DNA of 64,000 nucleotides from Tetramitus jugosus (lineage: Eukaryota; Protista; Heterolobosea), in NCBI GenBank assembly GCA_937625935.1, contig OW569383.1, forward strand, positions 62,001 to 126,000, written 5' to 3'. This document shows positions 24,651 to 34,265 of this stretch, piece after piece. The notes beneath the pieces are model-generated. The model ran no database searches and was not told where the DNA came from. It saw only the letters and a program-made list of their open reading frames with translations. A program made the position numbers and the translations under genes. Numbering within the stretch: position 1 is the stretch's first letter; each line of letters begins with the position of its first letter.

Positions 24651-24723
24651 TACCGACGACGGGACTCGAACCCGCGACCACTGGATTAGAAGTCCAGTGC
24701 TCTTCCAGCTGAGCTACGACGGC
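24651..24723 (-). tRNA. tRNA-Arg(TCT)
   Basis: GCCGTCGTAGCTCAGCTGGAAGAGCACTGGACTTCTAATCCAGTGGTCGCGGGTTCGAGTCCCGTCGTCGGTA folds into a cloverleaf; anticodon arm CTGGA-CTTCTAA-TCCAG; followed by TTTT. Confidence 0.95.
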
Positions 24724-24761
24724 TTGATATTTGATAAACATACATATTTTAGACAGCAAAT

Positions 24762-24780
24762 AAAAAACGCAGAAAAAAGC
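24762..24780 (+). repeat. Target-site duplication, left copy (aaaaaacgcagaaaaaagc)
   Basis: Identical to 28546..28564, immediately after the poly(A) tail. Confidence 0.92.
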
Positions 24781-27700
24781 TCGCTATCTGGCTACGATTA
24801 TCAACACGAAGAGTGTCACCAGTTATGGCAGTGTCCACAACGGGGTACGCCTGCAAGTGGTTAGAGTAGAGTGTGGCAGTGAAACCATTTACATTGCTAA
24901 TCATTACGGTCCACACAAGTTCGATAGCTCCCACTACAACTACGTCAAAGAAACTATGAGCAGTATCGCATCATCTGGTAAGGTTCTATTTGGAGGTGAT
25001 CATAATGCAGTGGTCACGAAAGATGACAGAACATCGGGTCGTAAAGATCCGAATACGAATTGCATGGTCAACACCATGTATAGTTGTAACATGCAGGATA
25101 TCAACCAGGTGTTAGGAATGCATAAATTTCACACCTACTTCAAGAGGACTATGTCATCTAGAATTGATTCTACATGGGCCAACAAGGCAGCTCTAAATGT
25201 TGTCCGAAACATAGAAGCGTTCATAAGAAACGGGGCTCTGAGTGATCACATACCAACAAAGGTGTCAGTGGAAGTGGTACGAAAGACTGAATGCTGCGAC
25301 ATGGATAATACACCAAGCATGGTCTTCCCAAAGAACAAACTGGACAGTAGATGGACTAACTACGCCACTGAAGTGCTGTCTGATCTGTCTAAACAACGGA
25401 TAGAGGACACGGGTGACCCGCAAACACAATGCGAAATATTGACCGAGGTCCTGGTTACTCGGGCTGTGCAGTTCTTTGGAGAACAGAGGTCTACAAAGCG
25501 CTGGATGGACAATAGGCGAGTGAGAAGGCTCATTCAGAGCAGAAAAATCGTTCTCGACTATCTAGTCAACGGTACTGCCAGCCAACAGTTGCGTAAAATA
25601 CTCACAAACTATGGTGGCAGACCAGAAATTGGTAGAGAGTCAGTATGGTCGACACTGGGAATAATCAATCAGAGATTGCATCAAGAGAGGACTAGACACA
25701 CTAGCAAGAGATTCAGAAGGTGGGAATGGGTCGCTAGAACATCGGAGTTCGTAAACCCGAGTAAGTTCTTCTCTACGGCAAGTGCAAAGAAATCGAACCG
25801 AATCAGGCTCAACACCATTGAAGAAGAGGGCATGACTCACACCGACCCAGAAAAGGTAAGCAACAAGGCGGCAGAATATTTTGAGACGGCCTTCTCACAT
25901 TCAGATGCGGATATGAGCTATCTTAGTGAGCTTGATGCTCCCAGGATGGAGGAAGTGATTAAGAGGGAGTTCACGAAGATCACTGTTGAAGAAGTTCGTG
26001 ATGCAGTAAAATGGCTGAGGAACAGGAAATGTCCGGGGCCCGATGGCATCCACAACGAAATGCTCAAAATTCCAGTGACTGAGAGCAGGGATTACAGCTG
26101 GGAACTAGCTGAAGTGTTGGCCCACCTTTTCAACAGCATTTTGGTGAGTGGGGTGTTCCCGACGGTGTGGAAGGAATGTACGATTATTCCGGCGTACAAG
26201 AAAGGGAGCGCACAGGACATTGCGAACTATCGGCCCATCTGCCTACTCAGCTCAGTGGCTAAGTTGTTCACCAGATTGCTTAATATCAGGGTGTCCAAAG
26301 CAGCGGAAGCGGCTTCGATATTCACAAATACTCAAGGTGGAGGTAGGAAACTCAGGGACATCAGAGAGAAGCTGTCGATTATGAGGGGTGTAATCGACCA
26401 TGCGAACAGGAACAATAGTCAGTTATATTTGTTGTTGACCGATATTGCGAAAGCGTTTGATTCCGTCCCACACAACGCCATCAGGGAAGTGTACGCATTC
26501 TTTGGATTCCCTAGCAGTATCGTCGGATTGGTACACGACATGGTTACAAACAATTGGGCCCGGGTGATGACGGGAACACTATCACGGCGTTTTCCAATAG
26601 GTAAGGGAACAAGGCAGGGCGATTCGTTGTCACCAACCACGTATGTTCTGGTCCATCAAACTGTGCTACTGTATACTGCCAAGTTAGCTAAGGGTTACCC
26701 AGCAGGGTCTCAGAACATTTGGAACGTTGCGTACGTGGACGATTGTAATCTCATGTCAAGTGATAGAAGTGACATCGAGATGACTGCAAACCGCATGAAT
26801 GAAGTTTTGGGTAAGTTGAAGATGACCATGCATCCCACCAAGCTGGAATTGTATGTCAGAAAACATGGAAAAACATCATCAGACCATAATATAACGGTCA
26901 ATGGGGTGGTCATAAGTGCAAATGGAAGTGGTAAAGTCTTCAGGGCGCTAGGACTCTTCACGAACCTGAATGGTTGCACTGACAGTCAGAAAGAGCAAGC
27001 CCGAGACAAGGTGGAAAGGGTCGTCAAGCGGCTCCACATAATGAGACTATCCGCCAGACAAGTGGCGAGGATAGTCAATACATGTATCCATCCGGTGTTT
27101 CTTTACGCCTCCGAGTTCACGGAATGGGGGGTAGGGTGGATCAACCAAGTGAATGACATAGGCAAAGCGTTAATCAAACGGGGCTCTGTAGCAATGCGGA
27201 GGTACCCCTCAGAATTGTTGCATGTGGCGTGCGACAATGGAGGCTTCGGCCTCCGTAAATTCGAGGAATCATTGCTGGTGAACACTGCTTGGTTCGTTAT
27301 CAATATGTTGAAAGGGAAGCATGATAGCGAAGCTCACAGACTGTTGTTGGATACGCTTGAGGAGATCAGGCATCTACAAACATTCCAGATAGAGAATGTA
27401 TTCCAATCCAACAACAGGATTGAGCTCGTCACGCATAGCTACCTTAAGTGGTGTGCTGTCCGTATGCACACCAACCATCTCGCTATCTCTTGGAGGAACG
27501 AAGTTAACTGTCTAAGTTGCAATCTGGCTCTCTCGCAACCTAATGACATCATCAAAAGGCTGTTCAAGGTGGGAATAGGTCTGAGGAGCCAATTGACAGT
27601 GGGTGGAAAGTGGATCAGGCATAGAGAACTGGTCAAAAGACACGGAAACTTTGGGATTAGTTCTCGCAGATACAAGTACTTGACTAGTGATCTCGAAATG

Positions 27701-28545
27701 TTAAAGTGCAATGGTCAACATGAGCATTCAAACGTCACTACACCAAGGCTAATGTACAATGGTAGTTTTGAGGTCGTAGAGAAGGAACAGTTGTGGAGAG
27801 TCTTCTTGCGGCGACATAGAGATAGGGTGAAAGAGGAGAAGTTATGGTGGATACAGTCGAAATGTCTAGGAGGTGCGGTAGATTTTAAATTTATGAGATG
27901 CCCTTTCAGGGTTGATCGTGCTCTGGAATGGTTTGTTGCTCAGGTGAAAAGTCACACAATTCACACAAGAGCCGTTATCCAACATCTCTATGGAGTAGTG
28001 GACATGGACACGCTATGTCCCAAATGCAAACTTGAACAGGAAACTGTGTTACATTGTCTCGTTCGATGCCCGGTGGCGATAATGGCCAGAAGGCTGTTGG
28101 TGAAGGAAGTTTCCACCAAGCTGAGTAAAATGGGTCTTCACAAAGGCCAAAGAGTAGACATTTGGTTCGACAATCAACGATGGTGCAACGGCGCGTTGCA
28201 AGTCAATAAGCGGAGGAAAACAAGCAAGGAATACATGCTTGGCATGTTGGGTATTGAAACAAGGGCGCTGAAACAAGTGATCAAAGGACTGACGAAGAGT
28301 GGGATGGAGAAGAAGAAGGCAATTGTGAAGGCCCAACAATTTGTCGATCATACAAAGAGGAGGTGTGTGGAGTGATGCGACGCCTCTTCACGAGTTCAAA
28401 GGAGATTGCTGGTTGCTAATGCTCTACGAGCATTTGCAACTACTTAAATCAATAGTGACGGCATTCTGCCGTCACGAAACTGATACAGAGAATCAACAAA
28501 GAAGTAAAATGAGCAACCGATGGTTGTATTTAAAAAAAAAAAAAA
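24781..28545 (+). mobile_element. 5'-truncated APE-type non-LTR retrotransposon (L1/Tx1-like) with poly(A) tail
   Basis: The frame is open from the 5' junction (24782) to 28375. A 3' UTR, an A20 run at 28532-28551 and flanking TSD follow. Confidence 0.95.
24782..28375 (+). CDS. Retrotransposon ORF2: partial AP endonuclease, reverse transcriptase, CCHC zinc finger
   Basis: APE: NHYGP, GGDHN, SRID, SDH. RT: CPGPDG, NYRPICLL, DIAKAFDSV, GTRQGDSLSP, YVDD. C-terminal CPKC..ETVLHCLVRC. No start codon (truncated). Confidence 0.95.
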   Translation, partial: RYLATIINTKSVTSYGSVHNGVRLQVVRVECGSETIYIANHYGPHKFDSSHYNYVKETMSSIASSGKVLFGGDHNAVVTKDDRTSGRKDPNTNCMVNTMYSCNMQDINQVLGMHKFHTYFKRTMSSRIDSTWANKAALNVVRNIEAFIRNGALSDHIPTKVSVEVVRKTECCDMDNTPSMVFPKNKLDSRWTNYATEVLSDLSKQRIEDTGDPQTQCEILTEVLVTRAVQFFGEQRSTKRWMDNRRVRRLIQSRKIVLDYLVNGTASQQLRKILTNYGGRPEIGRESVWSTLGIINQRLHQERTRHTSKRFRRWEWVARTSEFVNPSKFFSTASAKKSNRIRLNTIEEEGMTHTDPEKVSNKAAEYFETAFSHSDADMSYLSELDAPRMEEVIKREFTKITVEEVRDAVKWLRNRKCPGPDGIHNEMLKIPVTESRDYSWELAEVLAHLFNSILVSGVFPTVWKECTIIPAYKKGSAQDIANYRPICLLSSVAKLFTRLLNIRVSKAAEAASIFTNTQGGGRKLRDIREKLSIMRGVIDHANRNNSQLYLLLTDIAKAFDSVPHNAIREVYAFFGFPSSIVGLVHDMVTNNWARVMTGTLSRRFPIGKGTRQGDSLSPTTYVLVHQTVLLYTAKLAKGYPAGSQNIWNVAYVDDCNLMSSDRSDIEMTANRMNEVLGKLKMTMHPTKLELYVRKHGKTSSDHNITVNGVVISANGSGKVFRALGLFTNLNGCTDSQKEQARDKVERVVKRLHIMRLSARQVARIVNTCIHPVFLYASEFTEWGVGWINQVNDIGKALIKRGSVAMRRYPSELLHVACDNGGFGLRKFEESLLVNTAWFVINMLKGKHDSEAHRLLLDTLEEIRHLQTFQIENVFQSNNRIELVTHSYLKWCAVRMHTNHLAISWRNEVNCLSCNLALSQPNDIIKRLFKVGIGLRSQLTVGGKWIRHRELVKRHGNFGISSRRYKYLTSDLEMLKCNGQHEHSNVTTPRLMYNGSFEVVEKEQLWRVFLRRHRDRVKEEKLWWIQSKCLGGAVDFKFMRCPFRVDRALEWFVAQVKSHTIHTRAVIQHLYGVVDMDTLCPKCKLEQETVLHCLVRCPVAIMARRLLVKEVSTKLSKMGLHKGQRVDIWFDNQRWCNGALQVNKRRKTSKEYMLGMLGIETRALKQVIKGLTKSGMEKKKAIVKAQQFVDHTKRRCVE

Positions 28546-28564
28546 AAAAAACGCAGAAAAAAGC
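28546..28564 (+). repeat. Target-site duplication, right copy
   Basis: The 13-bp core cgcagaaaaaagc is unambiguous; up to 6 further A's cannot be distinguished from the poly(A). Confidence 0.92.
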
Positions 28565-30130
28565 GATGCAAAAACGAACACACACCCACGTTGTTCGTGA
28601 GTATGAGAATCCACGCTATGCTGTGTGGACCACAGCACCAAGAGGAACTGCTCCAAGCAGCAAGGAGATCATCATCACTGGAAAGTGCGATGACTCTCCA
28701 AAAGCTGCCTTGGCCAAGAAGATTGGCTTGGATTTTGGTGATTTGCTCACCAGGGTCCAAGTCATCAAGAAAGGCCCCAAGAGGTTTGTTGCGTGGGTAA
28801 CTGTTGTTGATGACAACATTTACCCATTTGTTGAAACCTTCAACCGCAACAAGAAGATGAGTGGCTGCAAGACAGCACTCGAGCTCAATGTCAATTGTGC
28901 CAAGAAGGTCGTCCTCCACGGTGTCGAAGGTAAGACGGAGGACGACATCAAGGCCACGCTCGGCACAAAAAAAGATCAAGAATGTGCTCAAGAGGCACAA
29001 CACTGCCTTTGTTGTGATGGAGTCTGAAACGTATGCCGAAGCTTTGCTTCGGAACGTTCAAGCCAAGGCAGTGGAGGTGGAAGCAAAGCGCTTGCTTCCA
29101 CTCCCACGAGCCCCTATCAAGGCTGTCAGCAAGAGTCTGACCAAGATGTACCAAAATCTCCTGGCTGTGATGGAGGACTTGTGCCACCAAGTAAGTGTTA
29201 AAAGAAATGGCTTCCGTCAACCGGATTCCCCTCGCTTCCCAGTCTCCAAGGACGCCGATCCGAATCTCCGAATTCGACCCTTCTACTCCGTCTACGACCG
29301 ATGACTGGGGGTCGATCGACCACGCCGGAGTCCCACCCCGCCACTCCTACTACGGTCACCCAAGAGCCAACCAACAACACCATAGATGAGGATGCTCTAG
29401 TATTGAACACCTCCGAGGTGTTCAAGAAAGCCAGGAAGGAGATTGCTGCCCGAGCAATCATGGTGGACCGTGCAAGAAGCACAACCAACCAAGAAGATCC
29501 AGCTGAGTTGATCTCTGTAACCCCGACTGCGAGTTATAGAGTCCCCAACTCAACGAGAACAAGAAACGATCGATATGACGAGTCGCGAACAATTGATGGT
29601 TGACAATCAACCTCATTGTCTGAAAGAATTCAAAAGTGTATACACAGCACGGATGCAACACACAAATTATTTGCAACACCAACAATTGGTCGAACGCGTT
29701 ATGATAGACAGCAGATTCTGTGGCAAGGACGAGCCTTAATTGTAACCGTTGATCGATGTGGAAATAGTATTCACATGTCAGTAGGATATCGCGGTGCGAC
29801 GACAGCCAGAAAGCTCACCAAACTACTTTATCTGGCCAACCAAATCCCGTCAAACCAGTTATTCATCTTTCTTTATTATCCGCGAATTTTTTGTATTGTT
29901 TTTTCTGGGTGGGAAATGACATTTGTCTAACATGTAACTTCAGGATTCTTATGAAATATTTTCTGTTATCTCTTCTCGACCACTGTCATTGCATGAGGCC
30001 TGTGTGTTTACATGGGAAGAACCACACAAGATGGTCAATATATGTGCGGCCAGAATATCCGAGTTTGTCAACCCGAGTAAGTTGTTCTTAGCAACCAGTG
30101 CCAAGAATTCCAACCGCGTCAGACTCAACC
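28565..30130 (+). mobile_element. Older, internally deleted non-LTR element of the same family (ORF1-like region plus ORF2 remnants)
   Basis: ATG 28566 opens a basic, RRM-like ORF broken by +1 shifts. 30049-30130 encodes ARISEFVNPSKLFLATSAKNSNRVRLN versus ARTSEFVNPSKFFSTASAKKSNRIRLN in the young ORF2 (~25733-25813). Confidence 0.75.
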
Positions 30131-30564
30131 ATCCACCTAGGTGGAACGATCCACTGATTGAACAGAGTCAGTGAAAATGCTGTTTTTTGTTGGGATGAAG
30201 CTCAGGTAGGATATGGAATGTTACATATGTAGATGACTGAACTATTCAGAAATATAGGAGACATCTAATGTTATGTACAAGGTCCTTTAGTGCTTGGTCT
30301 GTATGCATCCTGACAAATTGGCATTCTTTGCAAGAACAGTGAATGGAAGAACATTGAAACACTAAGAAAGTTGACGAACCAACAAAGAGAAACACATAGA
30401 TTTGCCCCCAAGCTCGGGACATTGGTCGGAATAAGAGCGTTTGGTCCTTTTCCGTAAATCAACCAATATGGGCCGTATTCCCAATAAGGCAATCAGGAAA
30501 ATATGCTTACAACAGAAATGAACTTTTATGACATGCTGGAACGGAATGTGACACAATAAAACAA

Positions 30565-31785
30565 ATGAAAAGAAGCACAAGGACAGTTTTGATTGCTGTG
30601 GCAATTACCACAACCATCTATCTTCTTTTGTTACTCAATACTAAATTTCTGTGGTTCTCGAACGACATTCCTCATGGTATTGAGGAATTGGAGTCGATTG
30701 CTCGATGCGTCCAACTGCCATCCGAGTCAATATGCATGCAACTGTATCCTTTTGCATTTAATAGAAAGTTGAATCGAAACACTGCCAGAGGAATACCAAT
30801 TAATGCAGCAGTCAAAGGATTTACCGTCGGTTTTGCCACTCAATCATCAGCGAACAGATTATTTCGTTTGAAATCACTGGTAATGAGTGAATTACCTAGC
30901 ATGGCACAACAGTCAAAATTGTCCAAGCATTCAATTTCGCTGTCCGTTGTTTTTTACACTCAAAATTTGAAAAAAGATTGGGATCTAATCAATGAACAGA
31001 TTTACAGGGATGAAAACATTTGCAGTGATCTTGTGTGGTGCATGAACAACATAATGATCCATTTCGTGTACAAGGAGCAATTTCTTCCGTACCCGATTAA
31101 TTTTTTGAGAAATACCGCCCTAGTGTACTCTAGAGCCAATTGGATCATGATTTATGATATAGACTTTATTGTATCATCGAATGTCATTTCAGATCTCAAA
31201 GATACAATCGATTCTAAACCCAGCATTGCTTCTGAACAAAGTTTGTTTGTGGTTCCAGTTTTTGAATTTGATGACGACAAGACCAACAACGACTGTGATG
31301 GAGTAATGTCAGAAACGATTGGAATTGAATGCAATTATGGAATTCCAAAGAGCAAAATTGATATATTAGCTGCTTGGGATCAGAAGGTAGTTGACCCATT
31401 TCATTTCTCATTCTGGCAACAAGGTCAAAGATCAACGAATTATCCAAAGTGGAGAGCTTCCACAACTGCATATAGTATCGGTCATGAAACATACTTCGAA
31501 CCTTACGTTTTCTTTTCCAGAAGGACTTACATGGATAAGTTCGAGGATGGGGCCTTGTGTGACGAAAGGTTTTATAACAGAGGGTTCAACAAAGTAAATT
31601 GTTATGATGAATTGAAGTGGAAATTATGTTTGGCACCACTGGTGTTGCCAAACAGTTTCATGGTCCATTTCTATGAAGAAAGGAAGAAGAAGAAGGGATC
31701 TATGTTTCTTCCATTTATGAGTGAAGGATCTAATCTGTATCACAAATTACTTGCATCTTACAAAAGCAATAAGTGCAAAGTGTAG
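30565..31785 (+). CDS. GT49 family glycosyltransferase (LARGE/B4GAT1-like), type II membrane protein
   Basis: YPINFLRN, DIDF (DxD), VVPVFE, FEPY and DERF..RGFNK motifs; N-terminal anchor. Confidence 0.88.
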   Translation: MKRSTRTVLIAVAITTTIYLLLLLNTKFLWFSNDIPHGIEELESIARCVQLPSESICMQLYPFAFNRKLNRNTARGIPINAAVKGFTVGFATQSSANRLFRLKSLVMSELPSMAQQSKLSKHSISLSVVFYTQNLKKDWDLINEQIYRDENICSDLVWCMNNIMIHFVYKEQFLPYPINFLRNTALVYSRANWIMIYDIDFIVSSNVISDLKDTIDSKPSIASEQSLFVVPVFEFDDDKTNNDCDGVMSETIGIECNYGIPKSKIDILAAWDQKVVDPFHFSFWQQGQRSTNYPKWRASTTAYSIGHETYFEPYVFFSRRTYMDKFEDGALCDERFYNRGFNKVNCYDELKWKLCLAPLVLPNSFMVHFYEERKKKKGSMFLPFMSEGSNLYHKLLASYKSNKCKV

Positions 31786-31924
31786 GTGCTGGTGTGTAAG
31801 AATCAGGTGATAAGAGTGAGCAAACAAACACTCACAAAACAGTCACTAAAGTTGAGCAATCATGTGAAGTTTGTTTACTCTTCGGTTATTTGGAAGTTCA
31901 TTCGCTCGTAGGGACATCATTTGT

Positions 31925-32498
31925 TCTTGTCGTGCTTTTGATAAAGGTCGAGGAACATATTTGTGATTGCAACTGTTGTAGCGATTTCGAGGACAAAGAC
32001 TCGAAAGGTGTTGAAACAGAGGAGTCAATGCTATGTATCACAATTATAGAACCACATTTACTGGGGTCACCTGAGATGCTGAGGAAGGGTATCAACATTT
32101 CAATTTCTAATGTAACGTAATGATTTCAACATCAGCGAGTTGCTGTTTGAGACAATAGGTCCATAATCGTTCACTCTTGACCTGGTATTTCAATACAACC
32201 ACACTAAAGTAGGCACCACCTCTCCCAATTGACCAAAGGAGTCCGTACCGCACACATAAACATGATTCTGAGAATTCACGAAAATCATATGTTGTTCACC
32301 ACCAGCGATCAAACGAATATCACTGGGTGGAATACCGAGCGAAGAATAGGGAATGTGTGTAACTGTTGAAAAATTTTGACTCAACGCTAGAGCTTGGAGA
32401 ATCGTTCTGATATCCACCGGCTCTATTGAACCCACATACATACACTTGACGGTTGTCGACCAAAAAGGCCGAAAAATACAATCCACAGGCAATATCTG
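31925..32498 (-). pseudogene. Degenerate duplicate of the 3' part and flank of the RCC1 gene (source 35690..36477)
   Basis: Long near-identical blocks in the same orientation, with internal deletions of about 94 and 113 bp. Confidence 0.92.
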
Positions 32499-32556
32499 CA
32501 GTTGTTCATCTGTTCAACACTGCTGCAATTAGCACTGACTGCCTTTTGTAATAGTG

Positions 32557-32631
32557 CGTGAGGGTTGTCGATACGGTTGTTTGGCTCTGTTGAATATATC
32601 AAGAGGCTTAGCATTGTTGGTGATCTTGTCT
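32557..32631 (+). repeat. ~70-bp direct repeat, left of the NmrA gene
   Basis: The core tgttgaatatatcaagagRcttagcattgttggtgatcttgtct (43/44 identical) recurs within 33770..33839. Confidence 0.9.
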
Positions 32632-32684
32632 TCGTTGTTCATTCGTTTGTTGTGAGAAAGATAAGGTGATCATTAATTTATGAA

Positions 32685-33632
32685 TTAATTTTGCAATAGA
32701 GCTTTGAGTGCACTAGCAGCAGTACCCTTTGGTGGAGCAATGTCAAGGAACTCCTTACTAGACGTAGCAGTTGAACACTCACCTCTCCAACTGGGTTCAG
32801 CGGCATGCTTGATGGACAAAATGGCACTCTTGATATCATCTGGAACTTGTGCAGCCCACTCATCAATAAATGTTGTGTCCTTAAAACTAACATTCTCAAC
32901 TTTGGTTCCAATATACTCCTCTATGAGCTCAACAATCTGTCTCCCGGTAATATCCTCAGGCCCATTGAGAACATACTTTGCCTTGTTGTGCTTAGTGATG
33001 TCCTCTGTAACTAAGAGATGAGCTGCAAAAACACCTACATCATAAGAATCGATTACTCCTACTGGGTCATCTTCTGATGCCATTAACCTCAGAATACTTT
33101 GCTTTCCAGTCTCATGGAATTGCTTGATCAAGTTTGCAGCATTCTGCATGTAGAATGAAGAGAACACATTGGGTTGCAAGGAGGTCCAATGCAGTTTCTC
33201 ATATGCAGGCGAGCTCAGGAGTTGTTCAATCGCCCAATGGTTACGAGGGTAATATGCAGGACAGTCTGGACGGACGTTAGCAGCTGTTGTAGATATACGC
33301 ACAACATATTCGACACCTGCTTCCAATGCTTCAAAGTGGAAAGTCGATTCGTGGGTGAAATGGATAGGCTCGTTGTGTGAAGCGATGAATGCACGAGTAA
33401 CCTCATTCTCTCTAAGCCATTTAGCGTCAATATCTATCCAGTTCTTTTCTACTACTTCCACCCCAGTCAGTTTAGTAAATTGCTGTGCAACAGGGCTCTT
33501 TGCGGATCGTGTGAGAGCAATAACACGATGATCCTTTAAGGTCTTGCTTGATTGCAACAATTTTGGTAAAGTCTCAACAACACTCTTGCCGGTGTTGCCA
33601 GTGGCACCTACAACTAGAATACTTGGTGTCAT
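32685..33632 (-). CDS. NmrA-like NAD(P)-binding Rossmann protein
   Basis: ILVVGATGNTG, AGVEYVVRIS, HWAIE..WTSLQPNVF and YVLNGPE motifs; intact and intronless. Confidence 0.9.
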   Translation of the reverse strand: MTPSILVVGATGNTGKSVVETLPKLLQSSKTLKDHRVIALTRSAKSPVAQQFTKLTGVEVVEKNWIDIDAKWLRENEVTRAFIASHNEPIHFTHESTFHFEALEAGVEYVVRISTTAANVRPDCPAYYPRNHWAIEQLLSSPAYEKLHWTSLQPNVFSSFYMQNAANLIKQFHETGKQSILRLMASEDDPVGVIDSYDVGVFAAHLLVTEDITKHNKAKYVLNGPEDITGRQIVELIEEYIGTKVENVSFKDTTFIDEWAAQVPDDIKSAILSIKHAAEPSWRGECSTATSSKEFLDIAPPKGTAASALKALLQN

Positions 33633-33769
33633 TGACGATTTGTTGTGTTTTTTGCTGTTGTGTTCGATGGTGAGACACTATGACAACGGCATAGTCCCAG
33701 GTATTTCGCACAAATCACGTTAAAATTGATTGTAATAATAGAATAATTGTGCGCAGTTAGCGATCAATA

Positions 33770-33839
33770 CGTGAAGGGTTGTCGATACAGAGTTGTGTTG
33801 AATATATCAAGAGACTTAGCATTGTTGGTGATCTTGTCT
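33770..33839 (+). repeat. ~70-bp direct repeat, right of the NmrA gene
   Basis: Matches 32557..32631. Confidence 0.9.
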
Positions 33840-34265
33840 GCTGGCAAATGAGTCAGAGTGAGCGATCCAGAAGCAAATTGTACTTCATGAGTATGGAAAG
33901 AGACATGCTCTTGGACCACCTAAGTAGAAAGCATAGTGAAAACCAAATTTTCCTTTTGCACGTAAAGAAGTTGTGCAAAGAATTACATCAGATTCTCCAG
34001 TCTGTAAGCAACAACATGACACCCACTACCGTATGGATTAGTTCTTGTCACTGTCCCATTCTGACATCAAGTGAGGATGTCTATCTATCACCAGTCTTGA
34101 CTGTGTTTTTGGCATTTGTTTGATTGTGTGTAATTTGAACTTCGGTTGGGCTTTTATGATTGCTCACTCTCCCAAACGACATCGGTAATACTTTGGAAGG
34201 TAGGTTTTTTGTGTCAGGTCGACAAAAGTATTGAAGTGCATACTGCACATACACAAGCAAACATA

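Noticed and set aside
28445-28490. Hammerhead ribozyme (stem followed by GAAAC)
   Set aside because: The required CUGANGA core upstream of the stem is absent.
28341-28565. ORF-track N-terminus reading through the poly(A) as poly-Lys
   Set aside because: Artefact spanning the 3' UTR, tail and TSD; the plausible start is 28566.
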